The notes under the pieces are model-generated. The model worked only from the letters and a program-made list of their open reading frames with translations, was not told the DNA's origin and searched no databases. From an uncultured Thermoplasmata archaeon (lineage in GTDB: Archaea > Thermoplasmatota > Thermoplasmata > Lutacidiplasmatales > UBA184), in the NCBI GenBank assembly GCA_963749235.1, contig CAVVLV010000001.1:410989-474988 (forward strand): a DNA stretch of 64,000 bases, read 5' to 3'. Positions 18,766-27,321 of the stretch are shown here, piece by piece (positions within the stretch are counted from its first letter, which is position 1; the number at the start of each line of letters is the position of its first letter). The position numbers and the translations under genes were made by a program.

Positions 18766-19762
18766 CTTTCGAACCTCCCCGTTCCAGCATGCGGACGTGG
18801 TCGCCCCGGACCGTGACCGGGATCGGCACGACCGCTTCGATGAGCTCCACCGTGATCTCCTCCTTGGCCTGGTCGATCTTCTTGACGCGGGCCTTCTCGC
18901 CCTTGAACGGTCCCGATATCAGCTCGACGATCGCGCCCTCCACGAACCCTTCGACGGTGATCTTGGGCACGAGGAGCGGCTCGACCTCCTTGAGCGTCGT
19001 CTCCCCTTCGACGAGGCCGCGGGCTTTGCGGATCCCTTTCAGCATCTCGCGGACCGCCTCGAAGCTCATCCCTTCCGCGAAGACGTACCCGCGGAGCGAG
19101 CTCGGGACGAGGAGCGCGAACACGACGTCCGGCTTCTCCTCCGTCCGGGCAAGCAGGGTGTCGGCGACCTCCCGCTCGTAGCCGCGCGAAGTCTTGATCG
19201 CGAGCACGGCCTGGCGGGCGACGCAGGCGAGCGTGAGCAGGATCGGGTTCCCATCGTCCTCGAGCTCCGCGGCGAGGCGGACCTCCACGCGGTCCCCGTA
19301 TCGCACGCCCACGGGCGCCGTGACCTCGAACGAGAGCGGCACACCCTGGTTCGGTTGGAGCGGGACGGAGTGGGTCTCCTTGCGCGGGAACAATTCGGTC
19401 AGATGCCGCTTCCCCGGAGGCGACCATCGCACGGGCCACTCGGCCCCCTCGTCCGGGTAGGTCGACGTGTAGCCGATCTCGATCGTCAGCTTCGCAACCG
19501 TGGGACCGGGGAGACGGCTCGTGAGCACGGCGGAGAGGGTCGTAATGAGGCCGGCGGTGACGTTGCGCACGGTATCGTCCGCGGCCTGGAGCGAGAGGAA
19601 GGCCCGGCTGTCGTGCTTCGGCGTCGCGGCCGGGGCGGCCGGTGTCGGGGCGGCGGGCGCGACCGCGGTCGGGGTCGCCGCGGGCTTTTTCGCGGCCTCC
19701 GGCGGCGTGCCGGAAAGGAGGCCGATCTCCTCCTCGTTCGCTCGGCCTGCCATGTTCCCCAC
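18755..19762 (-). CDS. spt5: Transcription elongation factor Spt5/NusG with about 190-aa N-terminal extension
   Basis: NGN domain (AIKTSRGYE..LRGYVFAE) and KOW (VELISGPFKGEKARV). Confidence 0.95.
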   Translation of the reverse strand: MGNMAGRANEEEIGLLSGTPPEAAKKPAATPTAVAPAAPTPAAPAATPKHDSRAFLSLQAADDTVRNVTAGLITTLSAVLTSRLPGPTVAKLTIEIGYTSTYPDEGAEWPVRWSPPGKRHLTELFPRKETHSVPLQPNQGVPLSFEVTAPVGVRYGDRVEVRLAAELEDDGNPILLTLACVARQAVLAIKTSRGYEREVADTLLARTEEKPDVVFALLVPSSLRGYVFAEGMSFEAVREMLKGIRKARGLVEGETTLKEVEPLLVPKITVEGFVEGAIVELISGPFKGEKARVKKIDQAKEEITVELIEAVVPIPVTVRGDHVRMLERGGSKGGS

Positions 19763-19765
19763 CGT

Positions 19766-20008
19766 CTACAGGGTCGACAGGCCGGCCCAGAGCCACGGCC
19801 CGACCTGGTTGAAGAAGATGTACAGCATGAATCCCGTGGAACCGATCAGGATCGCGCCGAGAAACGTGATCCCGAGGACCTTGACGTACTCCTCCGAGGT
19901 CGGCCGACGGGCCATCCGGAGGATGCGGCCGTACTTGCCGTGGCCGAAGGTGCGCAGGCGACCGTCGAAGTCGTCTTGCGCACGGCGAGCGCGGTCGAGG
20001 AATGCCAT
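19766..20008 (-). CDS. secE: Protein translocase SecE/Sec61 gamma
   Basis: YGRILRMARRPTSEEY followed by a TM helix; between ftsZ and spt5. Confidence 0.95.
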   Translation of the reverse strand: MAFLDRARRAQDDFDGRLRTFGHGKYGRILRMARRPTSEEYVKVLGITFLGAILIGSTGFMLYIFFNQVGPWLWAGLSTL

Positions 20009-20014
20009 GGTACC

Positions 20015-21139
20015 CTAGTGTACGACGTCCAATTCGGGGCCCGACTTGCGGCCCGGACCCGACGGCGCCGACGACCCCCCGAAAATCTGGGGGGATTTAA
20101 CTCCGGTCACCACCAGCATCACGCGGATGGTGCTCTGCATCGTGGGATCGACGGCTGCACCCCAGATGATGCGGGCGGTCGGGCTGATCGTCTTCTGCAC
20201 GACCTCCGCCGCCTTCTGGGCCTCGCTGACGGTCATGTCGGGGCCGCCGGTGACGTTGATGAGGGCCCCGGTGGCTCCCGCGATGTCGACCCGGAGGAGC
20301 GGGGAGTGGATCGCCTCCATGACCGCATCCTCGGCCCGGTTCTCGCTCTCGGACTCTCCGATCCCGATGAGGGCGACGCCGCCGCCCTTCATGATCGTCC
20401 GGAGGTCGTTGAAGTCCAGGTTGACCAGCCCCGGCCGCGTGATGATCTCGGTGATCCCGCGAATGGCGCGGGCGAGGACCGAGTCGGCGACCTTGAACGC
20501 GGTCTGGATCGGGAGCCGGGGAACGAGCTCGAGCAGGCGGTCGTTCGGGATCGTGATGACCGTGTCGATGGTGGAGCGGAGTTTTTCCAACCCCCACATC
20601 GCGTTCTCGTTGCGGACGAGCCCCTCGGAGGCGAACGGGAGCGTGCAGACGGCGATCGTGAGCGGGTTCCCCCCGTTCGCGTCCTTCGCCGCCTGCGCGA
20701 CCACCGAGGCGGACCCCGTACCGGTCCCGCCGCCGAGCCCGAGCGTGATGAACACCATGTCGGAGTTGGCGAGCGCCTTCTTGATCTCGTCCTCCGCTTC
20801 GCGCGCGGCCTGCTCGCCGACCTGCGGCAGAGCGCCGGCCCCGAGTCCGCGGGTCAAGCGACGGCCCAAGAGGATCTTCTTCGGAGCATGGATCGCGAGG
20901 AGGTGCTGGGCGTCGGTGTTGCAGGCGATCATATCGGCGCCCGACAGACCCTCCTCGGCGAGCCGGTTGATCGTGTTGCAGCCGCCGCCACCGCAGCCCA
21001 CGACCTTGATGTTGGTCTTGAGGGACGCGAGGACCGCCTCGAGCTCGGCGTCGTCGTTCGTGGGCGGAGGCGGTTCGGGCCCTCGACGGGTCTCTCCGGG
21101 CAGATGAGCCAGAATTTCCTGGGCGAGCGGTCGCGTCAC
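20015..21139 (-). CDS. ftsZ: Cell division protein FtsZ
   Basis: VVGCGGGGCN, NTDAQHL, GLGGGTGTG, NLDFND; GTG start at 21139 inferred. Confidence 0.97.
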   Translation of the reverse strand: MTRPLAQEILAHLPGETRRGPEPPPPTNDDAELEAVLASLKTNIKVVGCGGGGCNTINRLAEEGLSGADMIACNTDAQHLLAIHAPKKILLGRRLTRGLGAGALPQVGEQAAREAEDEIKKALANSDMVFITLGLGGGTGTGSASVVAQAAKDANGGNPLTIAVCTLPFASEGLVRNENAMWGLEKLRSTIDTVITIPNDRLLELVPRLPIQTAFKVADSVLARAIRGITEIITRPGLVNLDFNDLRTIMKGGGVALIGIGESESENRAEDAVMEAIHSPLLRVDIAGATGALINVTGGPDMTVSEAQKAAEVVQKTISPTARIIWGAAVDPTMQSTIRVMLVVTGVKSPQIFGGSSAPSGPGRKSGPELDVVH

Positions 21140-21169
21140 GCGGTTCCTCGCCGGCGGGAGCAGGGACCC

Positions 21170-21180
21170 CATTATAAAGC
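21170..21180. promoter_or_regulatory. Shared divergent TATA element for ftsZ operon and mptE
   Basis: CATTATAAAGC roughly 25-30 bp from both inferred start codons. Confidence 0.55.
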
Positions 21181-21201
21181 GTTGGCCGGGTTTGCGCCGC
21201 C

Positions 21202-21946
21202 GTGGAGTATTCCGACTGGGCCCCCTACTACGCGCGCATCCGCGTGCAGCTCGGCCTCCCATTCGACCGGGAAGAGGCCGCCCTGGCCGGCTTGAAGCGG
21301 GTCCTTCCGAAGGCCGCCCTCGAACGGCCGCTCGAGCGTATCGGTCGAAAGTTGGCCGGTCGGGAGGTCGTCATCGTCGGGCTCGCCCCCGGCGCCGGGC
21401 CGCCCCCCCTCTGGCGACGTCCCGCCGGAGCGGATCCCCTCGCGGTGGTCGCGGCCGACGGGGCAACCTCGACGTGTTTGACTGCGGGGATCGTGCCGGA
21501 CGTGGTCGTCACCGACCTGGACGGCCCCATCCCGGCCGAGGTCGCGGCGAACCAGCGCGGGAGCGTGGTCGTCGTGCATGCCCACGGGGACAACCAGGGC
21601 GCCGTCGCCGAGTGGGTCCCCCAATTCCCGGGGGAGCTCGTGGGCTCTTGGGCGGGTCCCCCCGGCGGGGGAGTCATCGACGTCGGCGGATTCACGGACG
21701 GGGACCGGGCCGTCTTCCTCGCCGAGCACGTGGGCGCCCGCCGCATCCTGCTCTGGGGGTTCGACTTCCTCCGGGTCGATGAACCCGACCGGGCGATCCG
21801 AACCCGGAAGCGGGTGAAGCTCGCCTGGGCCCAGCGCTTGGTCGGGGCCCTCGCGCGGCAGGGCCACGTCCCGATCTCGATGTGGGCGAAGGACGGAACG
21901 CTCGCGCCCTATCCGACCGGGATCGCCGAGCGCGACGACCAGGTAG
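21202..21946 (+). CDS. mptE: 6-hydroxymethyl-7,8-dihydropterin pyrophosphokinase (DUF115); one extra G near 21920
   Basis: VAADGA, VTDLDG, HAHGDN, GGFTDGDRA, GFDF motifs. Confidence 0.9.
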
Positions 21947-23741
21947 ACGACGTTCGAGCCGTCCTCGTACAGCGGCACGAAGGGCATCTCTTCGAGCCAC
22001 TGGATCGCTGCCGCGCTCAGGGGCGCGGCCGAATCCGACGGGTTGAGCGCCACGCCGCCGTACATGACCGAGTCCACAGCCACGAGGTCGATCGGTCGAT
22101 CCACGTAGGGGGTGCCCGAACTTCGCAGTTCGGCATAGGCGGTCGCCGACTGCCCCGGAGTTCCGGTGAAGAGCACGGGCGTCGTGGTCCACGTGGCCGG
22201 ATTTCCGTCAAATCCGAAGATCGCGGACGAGAGTCGATGGTCGGTCGCGACGCTCCATGTCGCCGGAGCCGCAATGCCGACCCACATCCAGAGTGCCATG
22301 TCGCCGTGGGTCATCCCTTCCTCGAACCCTCCGAGGAACGCCTGGGGGGATAGACGATCGCCGCATTCGCCGCGACGATGACCACGATCCCCAATGCCCC
22401 GGCGAGAGCTGCCCGCCGACCGACCGAGCGGTCGAGGCGGGAGACGAGCCGCGCCGCACCGACCGCGGCGACGAGACCGACGGGGATCAGGATGTACTCG
22501 ACATGACGGGATGCCGGGATGGCGGCCGTGAAACCTTGGAAGGAGGGACCCAACCCGGAGGCGAGGAGGGCGACCATGGCGGAAAGACCGAGGACGCCGG
22601 CCCACGTCAAAGCGAACAGTCCGAGGCGGGAAGTGGTCAAGAGACGACGACTTCCGGCGCACAGCACCCCGAGGCCGAGGACGGGGACGAACCACAGGAT
22701 CGCTTCCGGCTGGGTTCGCTGCGTGGTGCCCGGAAGGGGGAACACGAGAAGCGCCGCGATCCCAACAAACACCACGACCGCGAGGATCCCGGCGTCGCGC
22801 AGCAGGCTCCGGTCGGTCGGCAAACGCACCCAGGATCGTCGCGCGGCGTAGTGTCGCCGACGAAGATGGATCAGGAATCCCGAGACCAGGAGCGCCGCGA
22901 CCAGGGCCGCCTCCAGTCCACCGAAGCCGACCCACGCACTCTGCGCGAGGCCCGGCAAGAGCACTTTGGCGACGAACGAGTAGGTGCCGTAGAACCAGAA
23001 GGCGAAGGTCGCCGTGACGAACCCGCCCAGGAAGACGAGTTCGCGCGTCGGGAAGCGTTTGCTCCACAGGCCCGGGTGCCACAGCTCGAGCAGGAGGAGC
23101 CCGCCGAGCGCCCCGATGACGAAGAAGTAGGTCGACAGGTGGTGGGTGATGATGAGCGCGCCCCCGGTAAGGGCGAGCGGAAAATACCATCGCACGTCCC
23201 GCCGACTCTCGAGGAACATCCAGAGGGCCGCGACCGCGAGAAAGTCCCCGAGGGCGAGCGGCGCCGGGTGGGCGATGGAGAACAGTCTCGGCATCGCGAC
23301 CGAGCCGAGCGCGGCGGCGAGGAGAGCCACCGAGTCGTGAGGATAGAGCCGGCGGAAGAGCAGAAACAGCGGGAAGACCGAGAGCACGGCGACGACGGGG
23401 ATCACGACCGTGAGCGCGGAGAACGCGTCGAGACCGAGAGCGCCCCCGCTCGCGCCCGCGAGGAGGTAGATCCCGGGGAAATCCGGATACGCGCTTCCCC
23501 ACCCACCATACGCCGCGCCGTGGGGGATCGAGCCCGTCGACATCAGCGCCGCGGTGAGGGTGTAGTACTCTCCCGAGTCGGAGCCGAAGAGGGCATAGGA
23601 GAGGTACGGTTCGAGCGCGAGGAAGACGAGGAGGAGCGCGAGCCCGAGAAGGAGGATCGCGATCTCCGGACGTACCGGGGGAGCGTCCCCGTCGGAGCCC
23701 CGTTCCCGCGGGGAGGGGTGCGGGGACGACGCCGGTGCCAT
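21909..23741 (-). CDS. Polytopic membrane protein, GT-C glycosyltransferase-like (frameshifts near 22345 and 21920)
   Basis: About 12 TM helices; GSDSGEYY loop after TM1; THHLSTY motif; soluble C-terminal domain in second frame. Confidence 0.7.
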
Positions 23742-23867
23742 CGGGACCCCCACACGACCGGCCGTCAAAAATCGTCCCGCTCCATCGGTCACCGCCGGTG
23801 GCGCATCCTCCCACGGCCGTACCTCTAAATAGGGGGGCTTGGTGCGGCCGATTCAAGGCGTTCTCCG

Positions 23868-24245
23868 ATGGCTCCGTCTCGTTCCTCGAAAACCGCCGCC
23901 CGGACCTCGAAGCCGGCCGCGAAAAAGTCCGTCCGACCGGCCCCCAAGGCCGCCGTGCGCAAGCCTACCCCTAGCCCCTCGAAGAAGGCGCCCCCGCCCA
24001 AGCTCGCCATAAAGAAGCCCGCGCCGAAGGAGAAGGCACCCGCCGCGCCCGCGCCCCCTCCCATCCCGGAGATCCGTCGGACCGACGGCCGGAGGCACCT
24101 CCTCTCCCTTTCGTTCGTTCGCGACGGCGACGAGTTCCTCGCCCGGATGGAGACCGACAGCGGTCACATCACCGAGCTCAAGAACCGGGCCCTCGACCAA
24201 CTCCTGACCCTCGTGGCCGGCGAACTCGAAGACCTCCTCGAGTAA
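23868..24245 (+). CDS. Hypothetical protein with Lys/Ala/Pro-rich N-terminal tail and small acidic C-terminal domain
   Basis: KPAAKK/KAAVRK/KKPAPK repeats then about 60-aa globular-looking domain. Confidence 0.8.
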   Translation: MAPSRSSKTAARTSKPAAKKSVRPAPKAAVRKPTPSPSKKAPPPKLAIKKPAPKEKAPAAPAPPPIPEIRRTDGRRHLLSLSFVRDGDEFLARMETDSGHITELKNRALDQLLTLVAGELEDLLE

Positions 24246-24265
24246 CCGGATCCGAGGTTCGTTCC

Positions 24266-24781
24266 CTACTCCGGGTCGAACAGGCCGGACTCGACCTCAT
24301 AGGCCCGCCGGCGGCCCAGCTGATCGGTGATCTCGACGAGGTCCACGGCCCGGGTCGAAAGGACGCCGTCGGGGAAGTGCTTCACGACCCGGGGAGCGAG
24401 TCCGGAAAGGGGCCCGAACGTCCGCCGGGTCCCCCATCTCCCGATGACCACGACCTCCTGCTCACCAACCTCCACGTACCGGGGAGCGGGGGAGAGGGCG
24501 AAGATCGCGCTGCCGATGATCAGGAGCGCTGCGACCGCGAGGAACAGTTCGAGACCCTGCTCCACGCCCGGGTGGCTCGCCTCCGCGGATGCGAGGTCGA
24601 GCGCGGTGAGGACCAGCGTCAGGGCGAGGACGACGGTCACGTAGACGATGGTGGTGCGGACCGCTCGCTGCGTGCCCGCCCGATTGGGTCGTCGCCCCGA
24701 AATCGCCGCAGGCCTGACGACCTCGACCCGAGGACGCTCCCCGCGGGAACGTGGAATGCGGACAGCGCGCGGTCCCGACAC
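24266..24781 (-). CDS. Two-TM membrane protein
   Basis: Two hydrophobic helices plus C-terminal beta-rich domain. Confidence 0.7.
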   Translation of the reverse strand: MSGPRAVRIPRSRGERPRVEVVRPAAISGRRPNRAGTQRAVRTTIVYVTVVLALTLVLTALDLASAEASHPGVEQGLELFLAVAALLIIGSAIFALSPAPRYVEVGEQEVVVIGRWGTRRTFGPLSGLAPRVVKHFPDGVLSTRAVDLVEITDQLGRRRAYEVESGLFDPE

Positions 24782-24853
24782 GGGCCCTGACTGGTCGAGG
24801 GGGGTGGGGCACCCTTAAAACTAGTGGTCCTCGGCGGACCGCGCCCACCCGTC

Positions 24854-25963
24854 CTACGTAATGAGGGCCGCGTCGATCGGTGCGGCCGACGGGGCAACGG
24901 GCCGGGGCAGCGGTTTCGAAAGGTCGACGAGGGGAACCTTTCGGGCGATCTCCCTCGCCATCGCGGAACAGGAGGAGGGCGGGACCGGGTGCGCCGTGTA
25001 CCCCGGTAGGGCGAGGTCGTAGGTGACGACCTTCTTCTCGGCGATGGTCTCCCATACGGCCCGGAAGACGCGGTCGGCCGCCTCCCGCTGGCCGATGTGA
25101 CGAAGAAGGAGTTCGAGGCAAAGGATCTCGGCGACCGGGTCGGCCTTGTCCTGGCCGGCATACTTGGGCGCCGAACCGTGGACGGGTTCGAAGACGGCGA
25201 GCGTGTCGCCGTAGAGGGCTCCGGGGGCCACGCCCAGCCCCCCGGCGAGGCCGGCGCACAGGTCGGACAGGATGTCGCCCATGAGGTTGGTCGTGATGAT
25301 GACGTCGTACTCCTCGGGCTTCTTGACGAGCTGCATGCACATGTTGTCGATCAAGCGCTCGTCGGCCGTGATGTCCGGATACTTCGCGGCCATCTCCCGG
25401 AACGCGGTCTGGAACAGCGCCCCGGTGGTTTTCATGATGTTCGCCTTGTGGACCCCCGTGACGTGGCGCCGATGTTCGCGCCGGGCCATCTCGAACCCGA
25501 ACTTGCAGATCCGGTCGCTCGCCTTCCGCGTGATCACGTTGACCGTCTCGGCGGCCGAATGCTCCCGGTCGACCCAGTGCTCGACCCCCGAGTAGAGGCC
25601 CTCGGTCGCCTCCCGGACGACGATCAGGTCGGTCTCCGGGAATCGGGTCCCCTCCCCGGCGATCGAACGGGCCGGTCGGACGGAGGCGTAGAGGTCCAGT
25701 TCCTGGCGGAGCGCGACGTTGACCGATCGGAATCCGCCCCCGATCGGGGTCGTGATGGGGCCCTTGAGCGCGAGCCGGTTCTTCCGGACCGAATCCAAGA
25801 CGGCGGGAGGAAGCGGAGTTCCGGTCGCCTTGATGGCCGCTTCACCGGCGTCGACGACCTCCCAATCGATCGAGACCCCGGTCGCCTCCGCCACCAACTG
25901 CGCCGCGCGCGTGACTTCAGGCCCGATCCCGTCACCGGGAATCAACGTCACGCGAGTCCCCAT
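24854..25963 (-). CDS. Isocitrate/isopropylmalate dehydrogenase family, probably isocitrate dehydrogenase
   Basis: IPGDGIGPEV, KGPITTP..RSVNVALR, HKANIMK, NLMGDILSD, FEPVHGSAP. Confidence 0.92.
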   Translation of the reverse strand: MGTRVTLIPGDGIGPEVTRAAQLVAEATGVSIDWEVVDAGEAAIKATGTPLPPAVLDSVRKNRLALKGPITTPIGGGFRSVNVALRQELDLYASVRPARSIAGEGTRFPETDLIVVREATEGLYSGVEHWVDREHSAAETVNVITRKASDRICKFGFEMARREHRRHVTGVHKANIMKTTGALFQTAFREMAAKYPDITADERLIDNMCMQLVKKPEEYDVIITTNLMGDILSDLCAGLAGGLGVAPGALYGDTLAVFEPVHGSAPKYAGQDKADPVAEILCLELLLRHIGQREAADRVFRAVWETIAEKKVVTYDLALPGYTAHPVPPSSCSAMAREIARKVPLVDLSKPLPRPVAPSAAPIDAALIT

Positions 25964-26049
25964 CGGAGTCTCCGGGGGCGTCGGAGCTTTCGGCGGATTT
26001 AAGGAACCCGCCGACCCCGAGCCGTAGGACTTCCGTCCTCCCACCGTTC

Positions 26050-26105
26050 ACTTGCCGATTTTGTGTTTAATCAGTATTCTTATACAACTTAGTAATACAA
26101 TGTCC
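26050..26105 (+). promoter_or_regulatory. AT-rich intergenic tract upstream of cdc6-like gene
   Basis: TTTTGTGTTTAATCAGTATTCTTATACAACTTAGTAATACAAT with GTATT-N15-AATAC inverted repeat in otherwise GC-rich DNA. Confidence 0.55.
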
Positions 26106-26106
26106 C

Positions 26107-27321
26107 ATGTTCGAGGTATCCCACCCCGAAGTCCTCGCCCGAGATTGGGTCCCCCCTGTGGTCCTCGGCCGCGAGAGGGAAGTGGCCGAGGTCGTCCGAC
26201 GGCTCGATCCCCCTCTCCCCCGGTGCCCTCCGCCGTGGATCGTGGGGGTCGTGGGGGCGTCTGGGAGCGGGGCGAGCGCCGTGGCTCGCCGGGCGGCGCG
26301 CGAGGTGGCGGACCGGCTCCGTTCGAACTCTCCGGGCCCCGCTCCTCGGGTCATCGCGGTGCGGTCGACGGGCCTCCGGGGGACCCACGGAGTCGCCACC
26401 GCGCTGCTGCGGCACCTGGACGAGGGGTTCGACGGTCGGGGGTTCGCCGTGGCCGAGATCCTGGCCGGGTTCCTGCGCCGCTTGCGGAGGGAGGCACGGC
26501 CGGCGATACTCCTCGTGGATGACCTGCACGTGGGGGGCCCGAACCTCGGTCCCCTGCTGCGCGCCCTCGAAGATCCGGACCGATTCCTCCCCGAGGGGGA
26601 GTTCGGCCTCCCTCCGACCTGGACGATCCTCGCCGGCTCTTCCGAGGGTTGGGTCTCCGCCGTCGCGGCGGCGGGGGAACGGTTCCCGATCGGGGAGCCG
26701 GTTCGCCTGTCCGCATACACCAACCGTGGATTGTCGGTACTGCTGGGCGACCGCGCCGAGCGGGCGCTCGGGAGACCGATCGCGGACTCGGCGGTGGTCC
26801 GCATCGTGGAGCAGACGATGGCCGAGGGCGGCGGGGCCCGCCGTGCCCTCGACCTCCTCCGACGGGAACTCATCGGCGGCCCCTCGCTCTCCGGCGACGC
26901 GGGTGTGCCCTGGGGTGCGCCGCCCTCCCTCGTCGAAGTGGAGACTCGGGTGGTCCGGGCGATCGAGGCGGTGACCCGCGACCACGCCGCGCGGGTCGGC
27001 GATGTCCGACGCTGCGAGGCCGAGCTAGCGCGGATCCAGGGGACGAGACCGCTGCCGGCCACGACCTTGTGGCGACGGATCGTTCGCTTGGAGCGCGCCG
27101 GGTACGTCCGACGGGAGATCCGCCCCGGTGGGACGGGCGGCACGCGGTCGATCGTGCGCGTCCTGACTCCCGTCGAGGAATGGGTCACGTCCGGCCGTCG
27201 TCCGGAAACTCATCGAGACGACGTACGGTGGAGCGCGCTCCCACCGGACGGGGGCGAGGAGGCTCGGCCACCGGAGCTGATGGCAGCCGTTCTGCGTCCT
27301 CCTTCCGACCCAGCTGACTGA
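26107..27321 (+). CDS. Divergent Orc1/Cdc6-like AAA+ protein with C-terminal wHTH; degenerate Walker A
   Basis: PEVL..DWVP....GRE.E, GASGSGAS, ILLVDDL, AYT....LL.DRA, GGARRALDLLR. Confidence 0.8.
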   Translation: MFEVSHPEVLARDWVPPVVLGREREVAEVVRRLDPPLPRCPPPWIVGVVGASGSGASAVARRAAREVADRLRSNSPGPAPRVIAVRSTGLRGTHGVATALLRHLDEGFDGRGFAVAEILAGFLRRLRREARPAILLVDDLHVGGPNLGPLLRALEDPDRFLPEGEFGLPPTWTILAGSSEGWVSAVAAAGERFPIGEPVRLSAYTNRGLSVLLGDRAERALGRPIADSAVVRIVEQTMAEGGGARRALDLLRRELIGGPSLSGDAGVPWGAPPSLVEVETRVVRAIEAVTRDHAARVGDVRRCEAELARIQGTRPLPATTLWRRIVRLERAGYVRREIRPGGTGGTRSIVRVLTPVEEWVTSGRRPETHRDDVRWSALPPDGGEEARPPELMAAVLRPPSDPAD

